NCBI GenBank assembly: GCA_022813865.1
Contig: JALDZX010000007.1
Location: 496,001-560,000, forward strand
Direction: 5' to 3'
Length of the DNA: 64,000 nt
Source: Xylographa opegraphella
Lineage: Eukaryota
Shown piece after piece: positions 13,280 to 26,583 of this stretch (positions are counted from its first letter, which is position 1; every line of letters starts with the position of its first letter). The notes under the pieces were generated by a model. The model was not told the origin of the DNA and made no database searches. It saw nothing but the letters and a program-made list of their open reading frames with translations. The position numbers and the translations under genes were made by a program.

Positions 13280-15025
13280 TCACTGCATCTTCTCCGTCGG
13301 GCTATAACGACTCAAAGCGCGGATCTTCTTCCCATAGAGGAAGAAGAGGATTGGCACGGGGAACATAGCCAGGGTGATGAAGCCCAACACGGAAGACGCC
13401 CAGGCCACGCCCAAGCGATCGTACATCGGGACCGCAAACAGGGGGAAGCCGGCGCCAGCGAGCGCACGAATGAGGGTGTTGGCCGCGATGGCGCTGTTGG
13501 CGTACATGAGGTACACGTCGATGATGTAGTTTAGCCCCTGCATGAAGATGATGAGAATGCCCATCCCGATGGGTATGCCGGCGAGGACCTGGGGCACCCA
13601 AGTAATGTCCGGGCTGCTGGTCCACGCGAACCAGAACAGGCCGGCGGGGAGGATGGCGCCGCCGAGGATCATGGGCGGGAGACGCTCTTCGGGGATGACC
13701 TTGCCGTGCTTCTTCAGCTTGCGGGCAAACCGCGTTTTCGTCACGATGGTGATGACGATGACTCCGAGGATGACGCCGACGGTGATGCCGAGGAATGGGA
13801 GGGCGCCCACACCCGCGTTCCAGCCACGCTGGCGCTGGAACGAAATTGGATAGGATTCGAAGAAAAGATATAATATACCATAAATGGTGGCCATGTAGAT
13901 GGTGATGAGGACGAGGATCGGTTCCAGGAATAGCATGGCGAAGGGTCGGGAGAGGTATTTCGTCACGATCTGCCGAAAATCCACCGGGTTCTCGTCGATC
14001 TTGGCGTGTATGGCCCAGTTTCGCGTCTCAAACCGCAATTTCTTGGCTCGTCGCTGCAGGATCACGGGGCCGAAGGACTCGGGTATGATGAATAGTCCCA
14101 GCGCGGTGAATAGAGCGACCATGATCAGTGTGATCCATTGTGTCCATCTCCAGCCCAGATAGCTTTGCGTGATAAAACCGCCCATAATGGGACCTGCAAC
14201 TGGGCCGATAAATGTCCTACAGAGAGGTCAATGACTGGTACACGTGCAAGATCTCACAATACGTACGCTGCCGAGAACATGGCCACGGCCACCCCTCTGT
14301 CCACCGGGCCCCAGAAGTCGTTCAAGGCCCCACCAACGATTGCCAACGCAGAGCATCCGAACACACCACCCAGGAATCGAGTAATCATAATCGTCTCGAC
14401 GTTCGTAGCGACGGCGACTGGAATCTGGAGGATACCCATGATTATGTAGCCGGTGAACAGAGGAATTTTTCGGCCGTAGAGTTCAGAGAAGGGCCCCCAT
14501 ATCAAGGGGCCTATAGCAAATCCCTAGAGAAGTCAGCCATCTTGTGTGCAGATAGCGAAGTGCCTAACGTACCAGTACGAACAGACTGGTCCCCAAAGTC
14601 ATCACCTCCTCCGACACGCCAAACTCGAGAGCGGTGACTTGCGTCGCAGTACTGAATACACTGCTCGCGAAGGTAATAACAAAAGTCGTCATGGAAAAAG
14701 TGAAAGTGACGAGGATCTTCTTGCGCAGCGGCCAGTTCATCGGATTGCCTGGGTCGTCCGGCCCATCCCATGTTACCACATTCGAATCGTCCTTCTCTTG
14801 AGGCGGCGTCGGCGGACCGCTTTGCTGCTCTTCATCTCTCTCCATGTTCACGGTCTTGTCGTTGTCGCCAAATAGTCTGAAGTGGTAGATGGAGTTGGAC
14901 AGCCACAATTTATCGTCGAACAAGCCGATGTCAGAGTCGTGCAGGGTGGCGTCGGAATCCCTGACGCCATGAGCGTGGACCATCTCGCTGCCGACAGGAG
15001 TCCGTCGTCCTGTTAGCGCTGCCAT
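13280..15025 (-). CDS. MFS transporter, DHA1 (drug:H+ antiporter-1) family
   Basis: VTWDGPDDPGNPMNWP, IWGPFSELYGRK, LGWRWTQW and PEERLPPM motifs with hydrophobic helices; two introns near 14517-14570 and 14217-14265. Start may be 15025 or 14845. Confidence 0.92.
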
Positions 15026-16078
15026 GCTAGCCACTTCTCGCTTCCACGAAGACGCGAAAGTGCGAGGTTCGTCGAATGAGCCGCTGGACGACAGCAACAG
15101 TTGTTCGAGATGAGGTCTTTGAGTCTAACAAGAACCGCAGCGCCCGAGCGGGCACAGAAGCCATATATGGGCAGCATCTCGACGAAGGCTTGCTCTTTCC
15201 CGTGGCCGTCACCGAGCGGCGACCGAAGTGCATGAAGTGATGGAAGACTTCGAGCACGAAAGCCGACGTTAGGACCGACCAATCACAATCAACTATGGAC
15301 CAGGCCAAGGCGTGCCACCGGCAAAAGAAGGCGATCGCGGGGCCGATTAGCGAAAGAGCCGAGGGAGAGGCAGGGGTCATCAATGACGCAACGAGCCGGA
15401 ATCTCGGAACGGACGGCATCGACGATGAGTCAGCAAGAAAAGCTTGGCGCAACATACCCAGTACCACGTGCAGATGCAGGTCCCGATGCTCGTACAGTCA
15501 GTCCCCTCTCATGAAGATAATATTGTCCACATCTTAAGAGCAGATCCATACAGTATCGTTCACCCCACACACAAGATCTCGGACGTCTTAAGCAGCCCAC
15601 CCTGAATGCTGGCGAGCACCGCCCACAGCTGATACGAAGAAGTAGTCGAGTTTGCCATTTGGACTTTTGTAGCTACCGCTCTCGTGGAGAATGCTTGATG
15701 GCCGTGAAGTGACTGTGAAGCGATGAAGGTATGGTGGGAGGGATACAATACTGGCGGGGACACCAGGTATGCGGTCGGCAATTTACAGAGGAGTGTCCTC
15801 GATAGGGGAGAAATTTCCGAGACGGTCATATTTCGCACCGAGTCGGCATGTAGAGATCACTTCAGCCGAACCGTGCCAGGTGGAAACCCAAAATAAAATC
15901 CATCGAGTATAGGCACATTGGTAAATCATAAATCAAGCAAACACCGTAGGTAGAGTATGAGAAACCCAGTCGCCTACGCCTTGACAGTCCTGTTCCCCCT
16001 CCTGAGAAAGCGTCTGGAAAAGAAATGCCCAACAAGCATTTCTCGCCCAAAGGCCTAAAACGTGCTCTCCCATCCCCA

Positions 16079-17818
16079 TCACACTCTCCTCTCTTCGCAG
16101 TATTTCCGCACCTCCTTCCGCAGCGTCGCCTGCTGCAGCACCACCAAGTCCATGATACCCTCGCAGCCCGGCAGTTGCTCAAACCTTCCCGCCACGTCGA
16201 CCATCAAGTCGAGCACGGCCTGCAGCTGATTCGGGAGCCACTACAGATCCCCAATCATCAGTACCCTCGCATTTCACCTCGAGAAAATGACTCTCGGACC
16301 CAGAGCAAAACATGATCAACGAGCCCCACTCACCGTGACAATCGGACTCCCCCCCGTCGCCACCGGATGCGCCGTCTTCTTGAGAATGTACTCCCGTGTG
16401 AAGCACCAATGCCTCCAGCGGAAATCCCGCACCTGGTCCAGTGCCTTCAGATACAACGCCGCAGAGCTGGGCGCCTGCATCGCGTAGCCCCGCAAATCGA
16501 CGGCCGCGGAGCGCGCCTGGACCCATTCGAGGAACTCGCGATGGTTGCCGGGGCGGTAGGAGCGGAAGTCAGTCAGGATGTCCGTCAGAGGGGTGGACGG
16601 CATCGGGATGGCGAGGAGGTTATCCATCAGTGGGATCTAGTACGGCGCGGATCATCAATGAGACACATTCTTTCACTCGCGATATGTAGGCATGGCGGAT
16701 GCTAGAACGGTGGGGTTATGGGAAAGGAGAACTGTACCATGGAGTCATTCGCACCGCTCTCTCCACGGAAACTCATCGGCTCGTCGCTTACGCCCTGATA
16801 CACCACACCGTGCGGGAACATACTCTGGCTCGTGATGCCGAAAATGAAGGTGCGGAAGCTGTTGTAATCGCCGGGTTTGCTCCGGCTCCACATGGTGTTC
16901 ATCACTCCGTTGATTTTGGTCAGCGCTGTGACGACTTCTCCCATGCCCTGTTCGAAGGCCGAGCGGCTGTTCGACGCGACGGCTGCCACGGCGGCTGTGG
17001 CACCAGCAACGAGGGGGCCGGAGTTTTGCACCACTGATACAGAAAGCTTAGCCAGTCAAGCACAGACTAAAGAGCGAAGGCGGAGGGTACACGCACTGTC
17101 AACATGGACGAGGACGAAACCAGCCTCGGAAGAGGATGGATCGAGACCATGCTCGAAAGCACGAATGAGGCGCAGGTTACTGTACTCTAGGCCTTTGGCT
17201 GGGTCGGCGAGACGGTAATTATACAGAGCATAAGAGCCAGCGTATTCCATGAAAGGCTTGAAGCCGGCACTGAGAAGGTATCAATAACGATGCGAGATCA
17301 TGAAAAGGTTTGGTGCAGTGTCTCGCCGCTGACGGAGACGACAAGACGTGTGAGATGAGGCATGAAGGGGTACATTACAGCTTAGCAACCTTGGCGATGG
17401 GCCTTGCAATGTTCGCCGGCAGCACGCTCCGTGCCAGGCCGTATCCCTCACCCCGAAGAAGGCTCATGTGGCAAGGCTCGAGCAAGTATGCCGAAGCTAA
17501 GAAGCTGTAGTCTCGGTACAAGGCGTTCATAAGTGGCAGGTCTGCCTTCACCAACTCGATTTGTTCAGTCAGATCTGGCAGACGTTTCACAGCGTCACCC
17601 AGAGACCCGGTAGCCAGTAGTCCGGCGCTGCCATCTTTGGTTTTGATCGGCATGCGCTGGAGAAGGGATTCCAGCTGCTCAAAGGCGGAGGGTAGGACGA
17701 ATATCGGGTCGGTATGGGGAAGAAAGCCACGGGTAGTTGAGACCAGGAAGGTGGTCGAAAACGGGTCAGCTGGGGCGGAGTGGAGGATGGGGAATGTTTC
17801 AGCGGCAGCGGCCAACAT
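16079..17818 (-). CDS. Indoleamine 2,3-dioxygenase, fungal gamma/IdoC type, multi-exon
   Basis: VSTTRGFLP, YRDYSFLASAYLLEPC, PFMEYAGSYALYNY, SSEAGFVLVHV, FRGESGANDS, FRSYRPGNHREFL, FRWRHW and ATGGSPIVTWLPNQL. The last exon ends KEVRKYCEERRV* at 16079. Confidence 0.9.
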
Positions 17819-18485
17819 CGCAATGATGAAGAACGGAAGACTATGGATGAGGATGTGCTAGAACAACGAATGATTCAGAGAGGTAAGAGCTGATACTGCT
17901 TCACGAAAACGAGCAGGAAAACTTTGGAGTTGAAGCTTGAAAGATAAGCAAAGCTGCCGAAGTCGTGTTATATGCGCCGTGGCCGGAACTCTTCCGGCCT
18001 CGTGAAGGACTTCATTCCGGCCTTGCCCCTCACTTGATCAAGTCCGAGCACGGAGCATTTCGGAGACTGATGCAACCATGTGAACAACATGTGAGAGATG
18101 ACAGAGCATAAACGATTGACGTTTCATAGACTGCAGTCAGCGAAGACCGTCGCTGGGTGCTACAATCGAATTTGATCTTCAGTCGAAGACACGATAAATC
18201 CATGGTGAATTTAGGATAACAGGGTTGGTTCGATATATTGCCTATAACAATGACAACGAACAGTCGCAGTAGTGAAGTTTCAGTAACGCAGAGTCCCGAT
18301 GATTATCACCGACAGAGGGTGCCTCATTTCACCCAAGAGCGTTCATGAGATGATGTTGAAGACCGCCAAGCCTCGAGCCGCTTAACGTCGGGTTAGCAAA
18401 TGCATAGGCTTAACGCTAGATGAACAGCCCACCCGCTAAGGGCTAAGGGTTTGCCGAGTAAAAGCTCAAGCTTGTGGACTGTTTC

Positions 18486-18501
18486 GGTAAGGTACCTTAC
18501 C
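18486..18501. repeat. Perfect 16-bp palindrome ggtaaggtaccttacc
   Basis: Read directly from the sequence. Confidence 0.8.
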
Positions 18502-18890
18502 TTAATCTGGAAAATACTTAGCATTGATATCACGGTGCGATGTATCATCGGCAGGCATCAACCAGGACCGAGGGACAAAAAAAACCGATTCTTCTGCCAT
18601 CGCGTGCCATAGTATATATCCCAACAAAAACGCTTATTATCACGGCTAGAGCGCGTGAAGTGCGGACAAGGTGGGAAAGTGACATGCATATCGGAATTTC
18701 CGCAGCATCAGCAAGTTCACTGTTCCTGGTTGCTTGGTGCAGCTTATTGGGACCCCAGTCGTGCTTGTGTCTGCTCAATACCGGCCTCGATGCAGTCGTC
18801 CCTGTATTTAGCTGAAGCGTCATTCATCTCGACGTGTTTCGGTTTGATGTCGCTGTCAGGCTTGGTGGATGTGTCACTTGTGGCGCACGC

Positions 18891-21866
18891 TCAACATAGA
18901 GAAGTCGGTTGTGATTGGATGAATCCAAGGGGCTCCGTATAGGCAACTTTCGAGCTTTCAATACTTGTTGTGGCGTCCTCTGCGTCCTCAAGTATCTTGA
19001 TTATGGTATCCAACCCACGTACCCTTGCGAATTCCAATGCCGTTAAGCCGTGCTCAGCACGAACCTCAAGCTTTGGGTTTGCAGAGAGCAGGATCCTTAC
19101 GGAACCGACTTGGTCATGAGCTACGGCCGTGCGCAGTGCTGTGTATGCGTCCCATGTAGTTAGATTAACGTCAGCTCCTGTAGCCAAAAGGGCTTTTAGG
19201 ACCTCGACGTGACCTCGTCTTGCGGCTCGGTACAAAGGTGTAGTTCTTGTATCACTCAACGCATCCACCTCACCCCCTGCAGCAATTAGCAGCTCAACCA
19301 CCTTGAAGTGACCTTCTTCCGCCGCCATGTGCAGCGGTGTTTGCCGTCGATTTGTCCTGGCACCAATCTCAGCATTATGATTCAAAAGCAGTTCGACTAT
19401 TGCCGCTTGTCCCGTAGCAGCCGCCCTGTGCAGTGCAGTCCAACGTTGATTGTCCGCGGCATTGACGTGAACATTGGCTCGGCACGCAAGCACTTCGACA
19501 ATTGCATAATCTCCTTGCATGACTGCCATTATTAAAGGCGTTCGGCCCATGAAGTCTAGAGACTCGGCTGAAAGTCCCCTTTCCCAGAGCTTCATGATCA
19601 GTGCTGAAATACCAAAGTACGTAGCAAGGTGCATTCCCGTGACGTTTCCCTTGACGTGTCCCGAAAAGCCGAAAGTTAGGTTGGCATCCTCGAACATCAC
19701 CTGGCCAAAGCACGAGACTCTCGTTCTATCTTCGAGTAATTGCAAAAGTCTATCCTCTGTGGCGTCGCCTTCGGCGATCCGAGCATGATAGCCCCAGAAG
19801 TTTGCAACATAGCCAAGGAAAGCGTTTTCATTTAGACGGGACCTAAAAGACCAGGATTCCTCACAAGGACCAGTTCCAAACTCGTCAAAAGACAGATACG
19901 TTATGCATGTTGCCAGTACAATATCCTTTGCGTCTGAAAAATGCGAGTCCCGTGTACGGTCGAAGTATTCTTGCGTCGTGTAATCTTTAAAAAATCAGAC
20001 TTTGTGATGGATACGCTTACGTTGAACATTATTGGAACTAGAAATGGGAACCTACGGATGAGACGAACAATACCGCTCTCAATGTCCACCATTATCAAAC
20101 CAGCACATACAGAAACAAGAATCTCCTCGTCCGGAAGAGCATCCAGATCAGTTTTCGTAGAAGTGTCATCAACTGCCAATGCATGCTGAAGCTCAATGAT
20201 CGATAACGGTCTCAATGCGAACGAAATCCAGAGAAGAACCTTTTCTCCAAGCTCTCTATCGTCAGGGTTTTGTGCTCGAATTCTGGCCATCGCATCATCG
20301 TATGTACCATCAATTCCTTTCGGTAAATGTTGCAGAGCTGCATGAATCGCCTTCCGGTTGCCCTTGTTCACCAGCGAGTCCAAGTGTAGCTGAGCTAGCA
20401 AAAACCTAAATAATATCAATTCTAAGCTTGCGGCAGTACACAACAAAATCCATCACACAACTTACATGCCTTTGGCTCTCCTTACTATTTCACTCACAAT
20501 CGTTTGCTGCAGTCCCGGATCCGCTTCAACATGCCGTGCAAGTCGATTCTCACGCTGTATGCGTGCCATGATATATTGGCTGATATCGCTGTCGGTAGCA
20601 TTGACCTCGGGAGTTATAGTGCCCTGAAAGCCAGCTGCGATAGAACTGTTGTGGCGCGATGTAACCAGCACATTGACGTTTCGCGGTAGGGATCGTAGCT
20701 CGTTCAGGAGATTCATTCTTCGGTTGCCTTCCTCCGTACACTCATCCAGAGCATCGACGACAATGAAAACTCTGCGATAAATTCCGATCTCGTACTGTAA
20801 TGCTTGAATAAGATCTTCTGGCCCTAAGCGGGCATTGCGCGCCACATGATCCTTATGCAGAGCTTTGACATTGTCTGACAAACTCCCACAGTCCTGAACC
20901 AACTGCTTGAGCAGACTTGCGAGTAGATCATGGACTGTTTGATTGTCTTTTTCCTTATAGTTACAGTATATGCACATCGTCAGAAAAGAGCTCTCTGGAA
21001 ATTGCTGTTGAAGATAATCCACCACGACAGAGCTGTTAATTAAATGTAAGTACCACCTAAGTACTATATACACAGAAGCACATCTTACGCAAGCAGTGTT
21101 TTGCCAGCCCTAGCTTGGAATATTAGTGAAATTCTTCGTCAAGTTTATGAGTATACCTACGAATGCCAAAACAATAGAGGGTCTGACCAGGTTCTAAAAG
21201 CCATCTCTGAAATTCTGGAGAATCGAGCAGCCATTGTCCAGTGCCATGCTATCGTCGTGAAAGTATGTCCCGTTGCCTGGCTTGGAAGTCAAGAGGGGTA
21301 AGCCAACTGGCGATTGATTGGCGAATCTCGATATCGGTAAATGCCTGCGTAGTCTCAACATGCGTTCTGATGAAAGAGACGTCGTCTTTCAGGGTCTTCG
21401 ACAAAGTGCTACCACCAATAAGCCCATACCATTGAGGTCTCTTGGTGCTTTCGACTTACAGCAAGTCGTTAGTCAAGGCGACGTTGATAAGGCTCTTGAT
21501 CCGCTCGATCTTCGACAAGATTCCAGCAATTTCTACCTTATCAAACTTCCACAATAATGCACGCCCGACTTTCGTTCCGTTTCGGGTATCGAGCTTCGCG
21601 GCGAGCAGCTTCAGTGCTGCTTGGTATTGGTCAAGTGCACCATTCTTTTCTCCCAACGTTCTGATAGCGATATACCATGCCTCAGTAGGGTGTGCATCTT
21701 CTACCCTATATTTAAGGCTTGTTAGCAGGCTGTAGACCATCGATGCCTCAACAGCGACCTGAGCTCTCTCCTTCGAAGCCCCTTTTACATCGTTTAAATA
21801 GCTTACGACAGTGGCAGTGAGCTGGAGTACGGCAACAATACTGGTAGTCAAACTCAAGGGATCCAT
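18891..21866 (-). pseudogene. Fungal NLR (N-terminal helical SesA/HeLo-like domain + NACHT/NPHP3_N + ankyrin repeats) with one in-frame TAG at 21249-21251
   Basis: N-terminus MDPLSLTTSIVAVLQL...LLWKFDK. Exon 2 reads IASWLTPLDFQARQRDILSRR*HGTGQWLLDSPEFQRW. Walker A GIPRAGKT is split over a 25-nt exon (21089-21113), followed by Walker B VFIVVDALDEC, GMFLLAQLH and about 6 ankyrin repeats (TPLIMA, TALHRA, TPLHMA, TPLYRA, TALRTA, TALEFA). All other exon junctions I traced stay in frame. Confidence 0.85.
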
Positions 21867-22459
21867 TATAAATGCGAAATGTACTGAGTGATTCACAAGA
21901 GCGTATATCTCAAACGGAGGTCCTGGAGAACGTCAACTATATGTGAACGATGATGGTCACCGTCATTAGACAGCGTTCATAGACTTTTCAAGCCGTGGAA
22001 GTCGTTGATGGTATCGACCGCCTCTGTGGACCCCATCGTCTTCGCATGGTCGCATGCTGAGGTCGCTCGAGGCTTTGGGCAAACGAAAGCCAATCAAAGA
22101 GCAATGATTGTAGCGAATCAATAGCGGCCATCCGAAGCGATAGGCCTTGGCGTGGAGTTGCCCTCGTCTGCCTACGGAGTACTGTGTACCTACTTACTCA
22201 GCTCTCTTGCATAAGGTAAATATCCTACATTGACGGGAGGGCCGGCCAGTCCACACCTGAGGACCATAGATGTAAGCACTTTTGCTCTTCCACTTCCTCG
22301 TATGATGACTTCTAACCTCTGTCTACAGCTTCTGGTGCTCAGGCTGGGTCCGGCTGTCGAACGTGATTCACGTTTGTGATGGGCATGCTCGCTGTCACTT
22401 CCCTTGAACATAATCACACGATCACTCGGCCCCGTCTATAGCATATACGGCGGAAAGGT

Positions 22460-23796
22460 ATGGCTTCTCGTCCGAGATTCTTGCTATGGAATACCTTTTG
22501 CCGGTTCAGCCGTCCTCTCAGCCCCTCTGGCCATCTCCAAAATAGCTTGCTCCAAGCTCGGCATCGATCCCAATATCCTTTCGCGGGTCGAGAAAGAACG
22601 CAATACAGGCGATTCAATCGTACCCAATCAATCAAATACCTGTGGCAGAGCAGTCCAGCATTTCGTTATGGCATTGGAGCAAGTGGTGTAGGAACTGTAG
22701 GATTCATTGGCTATAACATAGAGACAGTCCCGGTCTCTGGACGTCGGAGATTCAACTGGGTGTCTCCGGCGCAGGAAGAGCAAATGGGAAAGCAACAATA
22801 TGGGCAAATCTTACAAGAGTTTCAGGGAAAGCTCTTATCCAGCTGGCATCCTCATACGATGATGGTCCACAAGGTACTCAACAGGCTTATCCCGGCTAGT
22901 GGACTAGAAAGTCAGGAGTGGGAAGTTCATGTCATCGACGACAAAGAACAGATGAACGCTTTCGTCATTCCAGGGTAAGAGACTTCTGCTGGCAAGCTTG
23001 TGTAGAGCTATAACTGTGAGCGTGTCCTGTTACCATATGATGCTAAATCACCATAAGGGGAAAGGTCTTTGTATTCAGTGGCCTGCTGCCTATCTGTAAC
23101 GGAGAAGATGGACTTGCCACGGTGCTGGGCCATGAAATTGCTCACAACGTTGCCCATCACGCCGCAGAAAACTACAGTCGATTATCTCTAGTCCTGCCGT
23201 TAGCTTACCTGGTGTCTTTTATCTACGATGTTTCTGGCAATCTCACCTTCACATTACTCGATTATGCGTACAATAAGCCTGGTTCACGAAAACAGGAAGT
23301 AAGAACGAACGCAAAAACCTACCTCAAGCAATAATATGCTGATATCCTTTCAACAGTCCGAAGCAGATTACATAGGCCTGAGTATGTGGCCTGTATCCTC
23401 AGAGACCAATAATCTGACAAGCAACAGTGATGATGGCGCAGAGCTCATTTGACCCCGAAGCTGCCGTTGAACTGTATGGCCACCCCCTCAATTAGTCGAT
23501 CATAGTTGACAATACCAGATGGCAGCGGATGGAGAAGGCTAATCAAGTAGCCATTCCGCAATTTCTTTCCACTCATCCTTCTGTAAGACTTCGTCCTCCA
23601 CTGCATCGGGTCTTGTTCTCACATAACATAGAATCATAACAGGATAGCCAAGATTCGGGAGTGGTAAGCTGCACCTTGAAACAATCCGCGCCGGTCTTTC
23701 TAGTATATTGTTTCTAACGACAGGCTTTGTTCCAGGTTACCCAAAGCTCGAATCCTTGCTGAGCAGTCTAAGGAGGAATATAGTTATCTTTTCTAA
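22460..23796 (+). CDS. oma1: Mitochondrial M48 metalloendopeptidase Oma1
   Basis: Basic targeting-like N-terminus, ETVPVSGRRRF, WEVHVIDD..NAFVIPGGKVFVFSG, zinc motif LGHEIAH, SRKQESEADYIGL and FLSTHPS. Several short 3' exons end LPKARILAEQSKEEYSYLF*. Confidence 0.92.
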
Positions 23797-24346
23797 GGCC
23801 GCAGTGGGAAACCCCCAAAGACTCAAATTTTGAGCACATACCGTGGATAAGTCCATTAAGACATTAATCATCGCTACTCCAACGAGGCTCCGCAAGCTGA
23901 CTGCAAGTGCCAAGGTGGATCACGGGCGTTACCGGAATATGTTTGTCATTTGGTATCAAAAGACAAGAAAGTTATCTCGACAACCACAGATCCCGAGTCT
24001 GACATGCAAATTAGACGTATATAGTAACGGGGAAAACTGTATAATTATTATTCCCGGGTCAAGCCTGGCAATCGATTCCCATTTGTCTCAAGCTGTCAAT
24101 CCTACCAGGTGGTATATACGATTTTCGCGCTACCGACCGACCGACCTCTCCGTTATTATAAATAACAGGTTCAATCTGGACATCCATTGCTCGTTATGAC
24201 ACGTAACTGTTATTTGCATTGTGATTCCCCCATCGATCATGATGTAGGCCGCCCAGCTATCCAGGAGCAATACTCGACAAATTCAATCCGCTCCTTGAGC
24301 TTCTTTGGATACAACAGATATATCTATACACCTTGAGCACACCACC

Positions 24347-26118
24347 TCACACATTCCGCTTCACTCTACACGGTAACCCCCCTTCCATCGGCAGCGTCAA
24401 GCTATTCTGGCTCACCCTCTCCCCGCCCACTCCGCACCCGCCCTTCTCCTTCTCCAGCACCTCTTCGAAATCATACTCCCACACTAGCGAGGCGATCACG
24501 TAAACCGCTAGTAACTCTGCCATTTTCTTCCCCAGACACGCCCGTGGCCCGGCGTTGAAGACGGGGTTCTCGTATGCGGACTTGGTCAGAAGCACTGGCT
24601 TGTCGTTCCCATCGCGGTACTCCAGCCATCTCTCGGGCCGGAAAGCGGGAGCGTCTTCGCCCCAGATCATTGTGGATCGACCCATGGCCCAGGGGACCCA
24701 CAGGACGACGGAGTTAGCGGGCAGGAACGTCCCGTCGGGGAAGGTGGTGTCCGCGGTGGCTTCTTTGAGCTCGAAGGGGACGGGCGGGTAGAGGCGGATG
24801 ACTTCGTTGAAGACGGCGAGGGTGTAGGGAAGGGCAGTGGAGTGGACGATGTCGAAGGAGAGCGGGAGCGGAGTGGTAGCTGGCGAGGAAGTAGGAAATA
24901 AGGAAGCCAGTTCGTCGCGGATCCGATGCACGGTGGTGGGATGACGCATCAGAGTATACATCGTCCATGTTAGGGACTGTGCGGTGGTGTCACGCCCTGC
25001 GGAGAGGAAGTTCATGGCTGCATCGGCGACGAGCTCCTCCGTAGGGAGATGGTCGAGGAGGGAATTGATCAGATTGCCCTGGAGCGCCATTGGGACCCTC
25101 GGGCTGCTGTCGGGGCTAGATTTGGTAGCAGCATGTTCGGCTGAGGCTGATGATCGTTTCTCGACAGCTGATGCGACGACTGTCCGGCCAAACGATCTAA
25201 CATCCTTGATCGAAGCTCTAAGACGGGCGCCAAAAACGAGTTCTTTGATTTTCCAGAAGGGATTTGTGAAGCGGTTTGTCGTCTCTCCTGAAGCAAAGTC
25301 AAAGGCTCTCGAGAAGGGAAGGCCGCCATGCATGTCCATCTATAAAGTATATCAGTATGTGCATTCAGGTGCAATGTCGGCTGCTGGGTCTTACATCGTA
25401 AGCCATCTTACCCATCAAGCGCGTAGTCAGCTCCAACAAGACATGCTGAAGATCAAGGACGGCGCCGTCGTATAAAGCTGCGTCCAGGTCATACTTGGTG
25501 TTTGCCAGAAGGGGAGGGAGGATTTCATTGATGAATGTTTTGAGGTTGGTGTTGCTGAAAAACCGCAAACCGGCCTTCCGCTGGATCCTCCACAACTCCC
25601 CGTCGGCATTGATGATCCCATTCCCTGGGTCGAAAACAGATCAGCATCCTGATGATGAATCCGCAAAGCAGCACCCGATGGACGAAAGCCTACCTCGCAG
25701 CAGTGCATCACGTGCTCACCTACCAAAAAGATCCCATGACCTCGAGCGGAAGAAGTCCCCTTTGATGAATAATTCGTTGTTTTTCAGCACATGCTCTACG
25801 TTCTTTGGATCATTCACGACAATCGCCGCCGGCAAGGAGGGAATCGAGATCTCATAGGTGTCGACGCCTACCATAGGCTGGACCTGCGCGAACCAGTCCA
25901 ATAGCTTGTGCCGTGGCTGCAGGAACCAGAGACCATTCCCGGCGAAGGGTAGTGTTCCTGGCGGCCGTCTGTGCGGTCTGGTTAGTCTGAGATCATGCCA
26001 TCATCAACGGGCTCTGCGCTCACGGAAGCCGTTTTCCATTGCGCCGGATGTCCGATCTCTGGCCTTGGAGAAACCACAGTGCCACTGCCAGCAACAGAGG
26101 AACGACGACTCCAAGCAT
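24347..26118 (-). CDS. Cytochrome P450 (fatty-acid hydroxylase-like, CYP52/CYP86-CYP704 resemblance)
   Basis: N-terminal membrane anchor MLGVVVPLLLAVALWFL, I-helix AGRDTTAQSL, EVIRLYPPVP, FRPERW and heme motif FNAGPRACLG. Three introns. Confidence 0.93.
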
Positions 26119-26583
26119 GGCAATGCCTCGGTGTCGATGGTCTCACTGCCACGGCTCCGCACGTTCGAGGCTTCAGAAATGCAGTGAATTCGCTGGCTGG
26201 TCGTTCATGCCCTTGATGTTCGTGACTCTACTGAGGTAGAGCCGAGGTATAGGATATGGACTAGGATTATATCTACGTAAGTTATAGTCGGAGGAGTCGG
26301 AGGGACGCACAAGCGGCACCATTGATGTGACACCGCAACCGGTGCCTGCTACCAACTCCGTCTCACTGCTAGGCCTGGCTCATGCAGCGGGATGGCTGCA
26401 GCATTCACTCTCCATCATGGCCAGCTATTACAAGGCGGTGGCCAATCAGCCCGCCGCTAATTCGCATTTCGCACCCTGTTACGTCGTCGTCGACGTTGGC
26501 GCTTCTTTTCTGTTGATGATTGTCCCAACAAACCAGTCGTTACCTGCCTCGTGCCCTTCGCCCCATCTCTTTTCCACGCTCAA

